Shown: in pieces, positions 23,589 to 32,748 of the stretch
How positions within the stretch are numbered: the first letter of the stretch is position 1
How the letters are laid out: each line of letters begins with the position of its first letter
Program-made: the position numbers and the translations under genes
Notes under the pieces: generated by a model
Database searches by the model: none
Seen by the model: the letters and a program-made list of their open reading frames with translations, nothing else
Told to the model about the DNA's origin: nothing
DNA from: a virus
UHGV virus genome: UHGV-0335080
Reading direction: 5' to 3' (one strand)
Length of the DNA stretch: 34,923 bases

Positions 23589-25708
23589 ATCAGGTGAACG
23601 AGAGCCATAGCCGCGCATCCGATATCTGGCGCGAAGTGGCCTCGCTGTTTCGCCCACCCAGCCGGTTACCAGTAGCGGAAGCCATCAGGCGTTATATGCG
23701 GGTACCACGGGGAGCCAATACTTCCGGTCCGTGGGAGTCATCGCTGACGCCCTATATGATTGACCCCATTAATACATTATCAGCCCGTGAATATGACGCG
23801 GTGGTGTTTGTGGGACCTGCGCGAACCGGGAAAACCGAAGGGCTGATTGATGGCTGGATTGTGTACGGCATCATCTGTGATCCGGCGGATATGCTGGTGG
23901 TGCAGATGACTGAGACGAAGGCGCGTGAGCATTCCAGAACGCGTCTTTCCAGAACGTTTCGCCACAGTCCGGAGGTCAGCAAGCGCCTCAGTCCTTCCCG
24001 TAATGACAACAACGTCCACGATAAAATGTTTCTTGACGGCTCCTTCCTGAAGATTGGCTGGCCGTCGATCACTGTATTTTCTTCTTCGGATTACCGTCGT
24101 GTGGCGCTGACGGATTATGACCGTTTCCCTGAAAACGTGGACGGGGAAGGGGATGCCTTCACCCTGGCATCAAAGCGTACCACCACCTTTATGTCCTCGG
24201 GGATGACCCTGGTCGAGAGTTCGCCGGGGCGGGATATCACTGACACCAAATGGCGCTGTGGCGGCGCACATGAGGCACCGCCAACAACGGGGATCCTGTC
24301 ACTGTATAACCGGGGAGACCGCCGCCGGTGGTACTGGCCGTGTCCGCACTGCGGGGAATATTTTCAGCCGGTGATGGATAACATGACCGGATACCGGAAT
24401 AACCCGGATTTTGTGGCTGCCGGTCAGGCTGCCCGTCTGATGTGTCCGCATTGTCGCGGGCTGATTGCCCCTGAGCAGAAACGCGAACTGAATAACAAAG
24501 GGATCTGGCTTCGTGAAGGTGAACGGGCGGTGGCGGACGGCAGTATCACCGGAACGCCACGAAATTCCCGGATTGCGTCATTCTGGATGGAGGGGCCGGC
24601 TGCGGCGTTTCAGACCTGGGAACAACTGATTTTTAAACTGCTGGCGGCAGAAGAAGAGTATGAGCGAACCGGCAGTGAAGAGACCCTGAAAGCGGTGGTG
24701 AACACCGATATCGGACGCCCCTATCTGCCCCGTTCAGCCACGGAACAGCGTAAAAGTGAACTGCTTGAACAGCGTGCCGAGCCGTTTCCCCGGCGATCTG
24801 TGCCGGATGGTGTGCGTTTTATTGAGGCAACGGTTGATGTACAGGGCGGTAAAAATCGCCGTTTTGTTGTGCAGATCACCGGATACGGAGAGCAGGGGGA
24901 ACGCTGGATTGTTGATCGCTATAACATCCGGCATTCACTGCGCTGCAGTCCCAACGGTGAAAGTCTGCCGGTTGATCCGGCGGCATATCCGGAGGACTGG
25001 GATTTGTTGCTGACGGATGTGTTCCATAAAACATGGCCGCTGGCTTCTGATCCGGATGTGCGCATGCGTCTGATGGCCATGGCGGTGGATACGGGAGGGG
25101 AAGCCGGGGTGACAGATAACGCCTATCGTTTCTGGCGTCGTTGCCGGAGTGACGGACTGGGCAACAGGGTGTTTCTGTTCAAGGGGGATGGACTTCGCCG
25201 TGACAGGCTGATTAACCGTACCTTCCCGGATAATACCGGCAGAAGTGCCCGCCGTGCCAGAGCCAGTGGCGATGTCGCGCTGTGGCTGGTTCAGACGGAT
25301 GCGTTTAAGGACCGTGTAAATAATGCCCTGTGGCGTGACACACCAGGGCCGAACTATATCCACTTTCCCGACTGGCTGGGGCGATGGTTTTACGATGAGC
25401 TGACCTATGAAGAGCGCGGCAGTGACGGAAAATGGCGAAAACCGGGCAGGGGAGCTAACGAGGCGTTTGACCTGCTGGTTTATGCGGATGCGCTTGCCGT
25501 TCTGCATGGTTACGAAAAGATCCGCTGGCCCTCCGCACCGGACTGGGCACAGCGGGAAACGTGGCTCGTCTTCCCGCAGGAGCGTTCTGGTGAAACGGTA
25601 TCCCCGGAACTGACGGCCGGGGCAGAAAAACGCCGTCGCCGGAAGAAAAAACTGCGGACGGAGCGTGCGGAAGATAATCCATGGATAACATCAGGAGGCT
25701 GGTTGTGA
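23585..25708 (+). CDS. A: Terminase large subunit (lambda gpA-like)
   Basis: 707 aa; ATPase motif VFVGPARTGKTEGL; WYWPCPHCGEYFQP parallels lambda gpA Cys/His motif; GTG start overlapping nu1 stop. Confidence 0.9.
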   Translation: MNQVNESHSRASDIWREVASLFRPPSRLPVAEAIRRYMRVPRGANTSGPWESSLTPYMIDPINTLSAREYDAVVFVGPARTGKTEGLIDGWIVYGIICDPADMLVVQMTETKAREHSRTRLSRTFRHSPEVSKRLSPSRNDNNVHDKMFLDGSFLKIGWPSITVFSSSDYRRVALTDYDRFPENVDGEGDAFTLASKRTTTFMSSGMTLVESSPGRDITDTKWRCGGAHEAPPTTGILSLYNRGDRRRWYWPCPHCGEYFQPVMDNMTGYRNNPDFVAAGQAARLMCPHCRGLIAPEQKRELNNKGIWLREGERAVADGSITGTPRNSRIASFWMEGPAAAFQTWEQLIFKLLAAEEEYERTGSEETLKAVVNTDIGRPYLPRSATEQRKSELLEQRAEPFPRRSVPDGVRFIEATVDVQGGKNRRFVVQITGYGEQGERWIVDRYNIRHSLRCSPNGESLPVDPAAYPEDWDLLLTDVFHKTWPLASDPDVRMRLMAMAVDTGGEAGVTDNAYRFWRRCRSDGLGNRVFLFKGDGLRRDRLINRTFPDNTGRSARRARASGDVALWLVQTDAFKDRVNNALWRDTPGPNYIHFPDWLGRWFYDELTYEERGSDGKWRKPGRGANEAFDLLVYADALAVLHGYEKIRWPSAPDWAQRETWLVFPQERSGETVSPELTAGAEKRRRRKKKLRTERAEDNPWITSGGWL

Positions 25709-25917
25709 GCACAGAAGAAGCCAGAGAAATGATACAGCGGTACCGTGAAGCGGAAATGGCCGTACTGGAGGGGAAGTCTGTCACCTTCAACGGACAGCAA
25801 CTGACGCTGGAAAGCCTTTCTCAGATCCGCGCCGGACGTCAGGAGTGGGAACGCAGGCTTGCCGCGATGGTGAGCCGCAGGCGGGGAAAACCAGGATTTA
25901 AACTGGCGAGGTTTTAA
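25705..25917 (+). CDS. W: Head-tail joining protein W-like
   Basis: C-terminus ...RRRGKPGF resembles recalled lambda gpW end; GTG 25705 with AGGAGG RBS and GTGA overlap with terminase stop (track ORF begins at ATG 25681). Confidence 0.6.
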   Translation: MSTEEAREMIQRYREAEMAVLEGKSVTFNGQQLTLESLSQIRAGRQEWERRLAAMVSRRRGKPGFKLARF

Positions 25918-27419
25918 TGGCAATTATTGATGATGTGATAGGCGTGTTTTCCCCCGGCTGGAAAGCAGCCAGACTGCGTTCAAGGGCGTTAATCATGGCC
26001 TATGAGGCGGTGAAACCGACCCGGACACATAAAGCCCGGCGGGAAAATCGCTCTGCTGATCAGCTCAGTAAATACGGTGCGGTTTCCCTGCGGGAGCAGG
26101 CCCGTTTTCTGGATATCAATCATGACCTGGTGATTGGTGTGTTTGACAAGCTGGAAGAGCGGGTGATTGGTGCCAGGGGAATTATTGTGGAGCCTCAGCC
26201 ATTACGAAAAAACGGGGAAATGGCGGCAGAGCTGGCTGCGGATATCCGCCGGTTGTGGGCTGAGTGGTCCGTGAGTCCGGATGTGACAGGGCAGTATACC
26301 CGTCCCGTGCTTGAACGTTTACTGCTGCGGACCTGGCTGCGGGATGGTGAAGTGTTTGCGCAGATGGTCAGTGGTGCGGGAAACGGTCTGGAACGGACGG
26401 CGGGAGTGCCATTCTGGCTTGAGGCGATGGAGCCGGATTTTGTTCCCATGCGCACTGATGAATCCGCCGGACTGAATCAGGGGGTTTTTCTTGATGAGTG
26501 GGGAAGGCCGAAAAAATATCTGGTTTATAAAAATTATCCGGTCAGCGGCCGGCAGAGTGATACGAAAGAAATCGCTGCCGGAAAAATGATCCACCTGAAG
26601 TTCACTCGTCGTCTGCATCAGACGAGAGGCTCATCCATGTTATCGGGGGTGCTGATGCGGATCAGTGCCCTTAAGGAGTATGAGGATGCGGAACTCACTG
26701 CGGCGCGTATTGCCGCGGCGCTGGGACTGTATATCCGTAAAGGTGACGGGCAGGACTATGAAGAGCCGGGGATCAAAGAAACCGACCGGGAAGTCCATAT
26801 CACCCCGGGTATTATTTATGACGATTTGCGCAAGGGCGAGGATATCGGCATGGTCAAATCAGACCGTCCCAATCCCAACCTTGAAACTTTCCGCAACGGC
26901 CAGTTGCGTGCAGTGGCAGCGGGCAGTCGTCTGAGTTTTTCCAGTGCGGCGCGTAACTATAACGGCACCTACAGTGCCCAGCGGCAGGAGCTGGTCGAGT
27001 CCACGGATGGTTACCTGATCCTGCAGGACTGTTTTATTGGCGCGGTAACCCGTCCGGTGTACCGGACATGGCTGAATATGGTGGTTGCGGCAGGTCTGCT
27101 GAAAATTCCGGCGGATGTGGAGATGAAAACGCTATATAACGCGACGTATTCCGGTCCGGTGATGCCGTGGATCGACCCGGTTAAGGAAGCTGAAGCCTGG
27201 AGAATTCAGATCCGGGGTGGTGCAGCGACAGAATCTGACTGGGTGCGTGCCGGCGGGCGCAATCCGGATGAGGTCAAACGTCGCCGCAAGGCTGAAATTG
27301 ATGAAAACAGCAGACTGGGGCTGGTCTTTGATACTGACCCCGTCAACGACAAAGGAGGCAACAGTGCCGGAACTGAACAACAGCGTCAGCAGGCCACCGA
27401 CAGCCAGCATGAAGAATAA
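25917..27419 (+). CDS. B: Portal protein (lambda gpB-like)
   Basis: 500 aa; position after terminase and W; TAATG stop/start overlap with W. Confidence 0.85.
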   Translation: MAIIDDVIGVFSPGWKAARLRSRALIMAYEAVKPTRTHKARRENRSADQLSKYGAVSLREQARFLDINHDLVIGVFDKLEERVIGARGIIVEPQPLRKNGEMAAELAADIRRLWAEWSVSPDVTGQYTRPVLERLLLRTWLRDGEVFAQMVSGAGNGLERTAGVPFWLEAMEPDFVPMRTDESAGLNQGVFLDEWGRPKKYLVYKNYPVSGRQSDTKEIAAGKMIHLKFTRRLHQTRGSSMLSGVLMRISALKEYEDAELTAARIAAALGLYIRKGDGQDYEEPGIKETDREVHITPGIIYDDLRKGEDIGMVKSDRPNPNLETFRNGQLRAVAAGSRLSFSSAARNYNGTYSAQRQELVESTDGYLILQDCFIGAVTRPVYRTWLNMVVAAGLLKIPADVEMKTLYNATYSGPVMPWIDPVKEAEAWRIQIRGGAATESDWVRAGGRNPDEVKRRRKAEIDENSRLGLVFDTDPVNDKGGNSAGTEQQRQQATDSQHEE

Positions 27420-29388
27420 ATCCTGGTTCAGGATGCAGGCGGGTGGTCAGGGGGAGGCGGATATTTATATTTATGACGAGATTGGTTTCTGGGGAGTTAC
27501 CGCGAAGCAGTTTGTCAGCGATATGAATGCCCTGGGTGATATCACCCACATTAATCTCCACATCAACTCACCGGGTGGCGATGTCTTTGAAGGCATCGCC
27601 ATTTTTAATGCCCTGAAAAATCACGGTGCGGCCATTACCGTGTATGTGGATGGCGTTGCCGCCTCGATGGCATCCCTGATTGCGATGGCCGGTGACACGG
27701 TCATTATGCCGGAAAATGCCTTCATGATGATCCATAAACCCTGGGGGATCAGCGGTGGTGATGCGGAGAAAATGCGCACTTATGCCGAACGTCTGGACAA
27801 ACTTGAGTCGGTTATGGTGCCGGTATATGCGCAGAAAACCGGAAAAACTACCGATGAAATTGCCGCCATGCTGGCGGATGAGACCTGGATGTCCGGTGCC
27901 GAGTGTCTGGCACACGGATTTGCAGACCAGGTGACGCCAGCCGTTAAGGCAATGGCATGTATTCAGTCAAAACGTACAGAGGAATTTAAAAAGATGCCGG
28001 AATCCATCCGAAATATGATCACGCAGCCATACAACAGTGCCCCGCGTGATACCACAGTGACAATCCCTGCACCGGCGGTAACAGAACCATCACCGGTACC
28101 GGCAGTGTCTGATGAGGCGACCATTCGCGCCCGCGTTATGGCAGAACAGAAAGCCCGCATGTCAGGCATTAACGATCTGTTTGCCATGTTCGGCGGTCGC
28201 TATCAGACGCTTCAGGCACAGTGCGTGGCTGATCCTGACTGTTCGCTGGAAATGGCCCGTGAACGTCTGCTGAATGAAATGGGCAAGGAGTCCTCGCCGA
28301 CCAACAAAAATACACCGGCTCATATTTATGCCGGAAACGGCAATTTTGTGGGGGACGGGATCCGCCAGGCGATGCTGGCCCGTGCCGGATTTGAAAATGT
28401 CGAGAAGGATAACGCCTATAACGGGATGACCCTGCGTGAATGGGCTCGCATGTCACTGACGGAGCGCGGTATTGGGGTGGCCAGTTATAACCCCATGCAG
28501 ATGGTCGGGCTGGCGCTGACGCACAGCACCTCTGATTTTGGCAATATTCTGCTGGATGTGTCGAACAAGGGGCTGATCCAGGGCTGGGAGGAATCAGAAG
28601 AAACCTTCCAGAAGTGGACCCGTAAGGGACGCCTGTCAGACTTCAAAACAGCGTATCGCGTGGGGATGGGCGGTTTTGGTTCTCTGCGCCAGGTTCGTGA
28701 GGGGGCGGAGTATAAATACATCACCACCTCAGATCGCAAGGAGACCATTGCACTGGCCACTTACGGGGAGATTTTCTCCATCACCCGCCAGGCCATTATC
28801 AATGATGATCTGAATATGCTGGTGGACGTGCCGATGAAGATGGGGCGTGCGGCGAAGGCAACGATTGGTGACCTGGTTTACAAGGTGCTGACGGATAACC
28901 CGAAACTGTCAGACGGTAAGGCGCTGTTCCATGCCGATCACAAAAATATTGCCACCGGTGGGATTTCCGTTTCCGGACTGGATGCGGCCCGTCAGATGAT
29001 GCGCCTGCAGAAAGAAGGCGATCGCGCCCTGAATATCCGTCCGGCCTTTATGCTGGTACCGGTGGCACTGGAGACGGTGGCGAACCAGACCATCAAATCG
29101 GCCAGTGTGAAAGGGGCGGATGCAAACGCCGGTGTCATTAACCCCATCCAGAATTTTGCTGAGGTGATTGCAGAAGCGCGTCTTGATGCGGCAGATCCGA
29201 AAACCTGGTATCTGGCGGCGGCACAGGGCACTGACACCATTGAAGTGGCCTGGCTGGATGGTGTGGACACGCCATACATTGATCAGCAGGAAGGTTTCAC
29301 CACTGACGGCATTGCCACAAAAATCCGTATTGATGCCGGAGTGGCACCACTTGACTGGCGCGGGCTGGTGCGTTCGTCGGTGGCCTGA
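27409..29388 (+). CDS. Prohead protease (ClpP/S49-like) fused to HK97-fold major capsid protein, single ORF
   Basis: N-terminal protease domain (IYIYDEIGFWG...INSPGGDVFEGIAIFNAL...VDGVAASMASLIAMAGD) then a 400-aa capsid-like region; ATG 27409 overlaps portal stop. Confidence 0.75.
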   Translation: MKNKSWFRMQAGGQGEADIYIYDEIGFWGVTAKQFVSDMNALGDITHINLHINSPGGDVFEGIAIFNALKNHGAAITVYVDGVAASMASLIAMAGDTVIMPENAFMMIHKPWGISGGDAEKMRTYAERLDKLESVMVPVYAQKTGKTTDEIAAMLADETWMSGAECLAHGFADQVTPAVKAMACIQSKRTEEFKKMPESIRNMITQPYNSAPRDTTVTIPAPAVTEPSPVPAVSDEATIRARVMAEQKARMSGINDLFAMFGGRYQTLQAQCVADPDCSLEMARERLLNEMGKESSPTNKNTPAHIYAGNGNFVGDGIRQAMLARAGFENVEKDNAYNGMTLREWARMSLTERGIGVASYNPMQMVGLALTHSTSDFGNILLDVSNKGLIQGWEESEETFQKWTRKGRLSDFKTAYRVGMGGFGSLRQVREGAEYKYITTSDRKETIALATYGEIFSITRQAIINDDLNMLVDVPMKMGRAAKATIGDLVYKVLTDNPKLSDGKALFHADHKNIATGGISVSGLDAARQMMRLQKEGDRALNIRPAFMLVPVALETVANQTIKSASVKGADANAGVINPIQNFAEVIAEARLDAADPKTWYLAAAQGTDTIEVAWLDGVDTPYIDQQEGFTTDGIATKIRIDAGVAPLDWRGLVRSSVA

Positions 29389-29475
29389 TAACCGAGTTAT
29401 CACAATCACTGCCCGAAAGGGCTTTTTTTATGCCTGAAAAACAGCCCCACAGGGGCTGTCCGGAGAAACAGCATT

Positions 29476-29802
29476 ATGGCGAAAAATTTTGTACAGGACG
29501 GTACCACCATTGAACTGGTGAATGCCGGAGATCAGACCATCCTGAGCGGTGCTGCGGTGGTGGTCGGCAGTATGGTGGCCGTGGCCATTACCGATATTCC
29601 TGCCGGTGATGCCGGTGACGGTTTTGCCGAAGGCGTGTTCCTTCTGCCCAAACAGTCTGCTGACGACATTCAGTCCGGCGCGGTGGTTTATCTGAAGGAC
29701 GGGGTTGTGCAGCTGGCTGCAGAGGGTGCGGTGGCCGCGGGGGTAGCCTGGGAAAATGCTCCTGCAAACAGCGCCACTGTGGCGGTAAAAATCAATGTCT
29801 GA
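29476..29802 (+). CDS. Small Gly/Ala-rich capsid-associated protein (DUF2190-like)
   Basis: 108 aa immediately after capsid gene; typical position and composition of DUF2190 head proteins. Confidence 0.55.
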   Translation: MAKNFVQDGTTIELVNAGDQTILSGAAVVVGSMVAVAITDIPAGDAGDGFAEGVFLLPKQSADDIQSGAVVYLKDGVVQLAAEGAVAAGVAWENAPANSATVAVKINV

Positions 29803-30076
29803 TCTGTTTACGCGAATGTGTTGCCGGATGGACGGGGCGACCGTTCGGGTGATGGGCAAACAGGCGGAGATTAACGGCGTCGTGTATGACGTGATGCCGG
29901 AGGAAGAGTCCGCGGAGATGGGGGCGCTTTCGGGCAGCCAGTTGTCACTGGTGGTGTTTTCAGCCCGGTACCGTCCGGCCCGTCATGATGTTGTTGTGTT
30001 TGCGGGGCGCACACTGACGGTGACCCGTTATGACACGTACAACGGTAAACCCCGGATTTTTGTCGAACAGGAATGA
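29795..30076 (+). CDS. Putative head-tail connector / head completion protein (FII-like)
   Basis: 93 aa; synteny between capsid and Z-like gene; overlapping start/stop. Confidence 0.45.
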   Translation: MSDLFTRMCCRMDGATVRVMGKQAEINGVVYDVMPEEESAEMGALSGSQLSLVVFSARYRPARHDVVVFAGRTLTVTRYDTYNGKPRIFVEQE

Positions 30077-30078
30077 GT

Positions 30079-30702
30079 ATGGCAATAAAAGGTCTGGCGC
30101 AGGCCATGAAAAATCTGGATGCAATTGACCGCCGTGCCGTTCCCCGGGCTGCCGCCACGACACTTAACCGTGTGGCGGAGTCCATCATCGCGAAAACGGC
30201 CTCTTCGGTTGCCAGGGAGCTGGCGGTTCCGCGCCGTCTCATCCGTGAGCGTATCCGCCTGCAACGGGCCAGCGCAGACAGGATTTATGCGAAGGTCATC
30301 ATCAACACCGGTAATCTGCCCGCCATAAAACTGGGGACGGCCAGCGTGCGGCTTTCCCGCAGAAAGCGACGAAAGAAAGGCGAGCGTTCGGTCACGAAAG
30401 GGGGCGGCAGTGTGCTGATTGTGGGGAAAAGACGGATCCCGGACGCCTTTATCACCCGGCTGGCTAACGGACGCTGGCATGTGATGCAGCGTATGCCGTG
30501 GGCACCATCGTCCACCGGTGCTGACAGCAAAGGGAGGCCGAAACGCTACCGTCTGCCGATTGAAGTGGTGAAAATTCCGACTGCCGGACCGCTGGCAGAA
30601 ACCTTTGAACGTGAACGGGACCGGATGTACCGGGAAAAATTACCGGCGCAGATGATGAAAGCCATGACGCATCAGTTACGCCTGGTGCTGAAAAGAAAAT
30701 GA
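30079..30702 (+). CDS. Z: Minor tail / tail completion protein (gpZ-like)
   Basis: Basic protein (MAIKGLAQAMKNLDAIDRRAVPRAAATTLNRVAES...); synteny before U; second ATG chosen for AGGA spacing (track start 30073). Confidence 0.5.
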   Translation: MAIKGLAQAMKNLDAIDRRAVPRAAATTLNRVAESIIAKTASSVARELAVPRRLIRERIRLQRASADRIYAKVIINTGNLPAIKLGTASVRLSRRKRRKKGERSVTKGGGSVLIVGKRRIPDAFITRLANGRWHVMQRMPWAPSSTGADSKGRPKRYRLPIEVVKIPTAGPLAETFERERDRMYREKLPAQMMKAMTHQLRLVLKRK

Positions 30703-30714
30703 CAGGGAGGGTGT

Positions 30715-31113
30715 ATGAAACACCGTGAAATACGGACGGCAGTTCTGTCTGCCCTGAAAGATAATATTTCTGAGCGGGTGAGCTGGTTTGACGGCCGCCC
30801 GGTTTTTATTGATGAACAGGAACTGCCTGCTGTTGCTGTTTACCTGACTGATGCGTCTGCTGCTGACGAGTTCGTTGATGAGGGGACCTGGGAGGCGACA
30901 CTGCATATTGAAGTTTTTCTCAGGGCAAAAGAACCGGACTCGGCACTGGATATGTGGATGGAAGAGAAAATCCTTCCTGCGCTGGAGGCGGTTCCCGGCC
31001 TCAGTGCGTTACTGCTGAAGATGAATCTTCAGGGGTATGACTACCGCCGGGATGATGAGTTTATGATGTGGGGATCGGCAGATCTCCTGTGGAAAATTAC
31101 CTACGAGATGTGA
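30715..31113 (+). CDS. U: Tail terminator protein U
   Basis: [14 protein letters not shown]...FDGRP...LPAVAVYLT...GYDYRRDD...ITYEM closely parallels recalled lambda gpU; GGGAGGG RBS. Confidence 0.85.
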   Translation: MKHREIRTAVLSALKDNISERVSWFDGRPVFIDEQELPAVAVYLTDASAADEFVDEGTWEATLHIEVFLRAKEPDSALDMWMEEKILPALEAVPGLSALLLKMNLQGYDYRRDDEFMMWGSADLLWKITYEM

Positions 31114-31120
31114 GGACGAT

Positions 31121-31867
31121 ATGGCAATACCAAATCCTCTTGAGCCGGTGAAAGGTTCCGGCACCACACTATGGGTGTACACCGGCAAGGATGATGCTTA
31201 TGCCAACCCGTTGTCAGATGATGACTGGCAGCGACTGGCTAAGGTGAAGGATCTGACGCCGGGCGAGATGACGGCAGAATCCTACGATGATAACTACCTG
31301 GATGATGAAGACGCGGACTGGACCGCGACCGGGCAGGGACAGAAATCTGCAGGTGATACCAGTTTTACGCTGGCCTGGAAACCGGGAGAGGAAGGCCAGA
31401 AAGGGCTTATAGGCTGGTTTGAAAGCGGCGATGTCCGGGCCTATAAAATCCGTTTTCCGAATGGCATGGTGGATGTGTTTCGTGGCTGGGTCAGCAGTAT
31501 CGGTAAGGCCGTGACGGCGAAAGAAGTGATCACCCGCACGGTGAAAGTCACTAACGTGGGTAAACCTTCTGTAGCGGAAGAACGCAGCAAAATTACGCCG
31601 GTCACTGCGATTAAGGTAACGCCGACAGGTACGGTTGAAAAAGGGAAAACAACCACCCTGACCGTTACTGTGGAACCGGAAAATGCAACGGATAAGACAT
31701 TCAGGGCGATTTCCGCCGATCCATCAAAAGCCACCATTAGCGTGAAAGATATGACGATTACTGTGACGGGGGTTAAGGATGGAAAAGTCAGCATCCCTGT
31801 GATTTCCGGTAATGGTCAGTTTGCTGCGGTGGCTGAAATTACCGTTAATAATGTGCCGGGTGGCTAA
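31121..31867 (+). CDS. V: Major tail protein V with C-terminal Ig-like domain
   Basis: Near-identical blocks to recalled lambda gpV ([92 protein letters not shown]). Confidence 0.9.
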   Translation: MAIPNPLEPVKGSGTTLWVYTGKDDAYANPLSDDDWQRLAKVKDLTPGEMTAESYDDNYLDDEDADWTATGQGQKSAGDTSFTLAWKPGEEGQKGLIGWFESGDVRAYKIRFPNGMVDVFRGWVSSIGKAVTAKEVITRTVKVTNVGKPSVAEERSKITPVTAIKVTPTGTVEKGKTTTLTVTVEPENATDKTFRAISADPSKATISVKDMTITVTGVKDGKVSIPVISGNGQFAAVAEITVNNVPGG

Positions 31868-31885
31868 AGAGCTGAGAGATAAGCG

Positions 31886-32317
31886 ATGTTCCTGAAAACA
31901 GAACAATTTGAATATAACGGTGTATCCGTCACGCTTTCTGAGCTGTCTGCGCTGCAGCGTATTGAGCATCTTGCCCTCCTGAAACGGCGGGCAGAAGAGG
32001 CTGAAGCCAGCGGCAACCTGCAGGTGAGTGTGGAAGATCTTGTCAGAACCGGCGCGTTTCTGGTGGCGATGTCCCTGTGGCATAACCATCCACAGAAAAC
32101 GCAGTCACCGTCAATGAATGAGGCCGTGATGAAGATAGAGCAGGAAGTGCTCACCACCTGGCCTGCCGATGCCATTGCCCGGGCGGAAGACGTGGTGTTG
32201 TGCCTGTCCGGGATGATCGAAGCTGTTCGTCCGGATACTGATATTACTGAAGTGGCGAAAAATAACACGCTGACTGATGATGATTTTTCTGCGGGAAAGT
32301 CTTCGACGGTGAGCTGA
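31886..32317 (+). CDS. G: Tail assembly chaperone G
   Basis: MFLKTEQFEYNGVSVTLSELSALQRIEHLALLKRRAEEAE...AGKSSTVS parallels recalled lambda gpG; ends after slippery site. Confidence 0.85.
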   Translation: MFLKTEQFEYNGVSVTLSELSALQRIEHLALLKRRAEEAEASGNLQVSVEDLVRTGAFLVAMSLWHNHPQKTQSPSMNEAVMKIEQEVLTTWPADAIARAEDVVLCLSGMIEAVRPDTDITEVAKNNTLTDDDFSAGKSSTVS

Positions 32318-32748
32318 ACTTTGCCCTCAGACTGGCGCGTGAGATGGGGAGACCCGACTGGCGCGCCATGCTTGCCGGGATGACATCCACCGAATATGCC
32401 GACTGGCACCGTTTTTACCGCACGCATTATTTTCAGGATACCCAGCTGGATATGCATTTTTCCGGGCTGACGTACGCTGTACTTAGCCTGTTTTTTTGCG
32501 ATCCGGATATGCATCCCTCTGATTTCAGTCTGCTGGCACCCCGACGTGATGATGAGCAGACGGAGATGCCGGATGAGGACGATATGCTGATGCGGAAAGC
32601 GGCAGGTCTTTCTGGTGGTGTCCGCTTTGGGGCTGACGGGAAGGAAATCGTTATGGTCAGTGATGACATGCGGAGCAGTACAGAGGATGAAGCCATGCTG
32701 ATGATGGTGTCTGAGGGAATTCCAGGAGGTGTACGCTATGGCGGGTAA
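31886..32748 (+). CDS. GT: Tail assembly chaperone G-T fusion via programmed -1 ribosomal frameshift
   Basis: Slippery heptamer G GGA AAG at 32293-32299; -1 frame continues ...LNFALRLAREMGRPDWRAMLAGM..., matching recalled lambda gpT, to stop at 32746-32748. Confidence 0.7.
32293..32299 (+). promoter_or_regulatory. Programmed -1 frameshift slippery site
   Basis: GGGAAAG in XXXYYYZ register relative to the G frame, identical to the lambda G/GT site. Confidence 0.7.
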
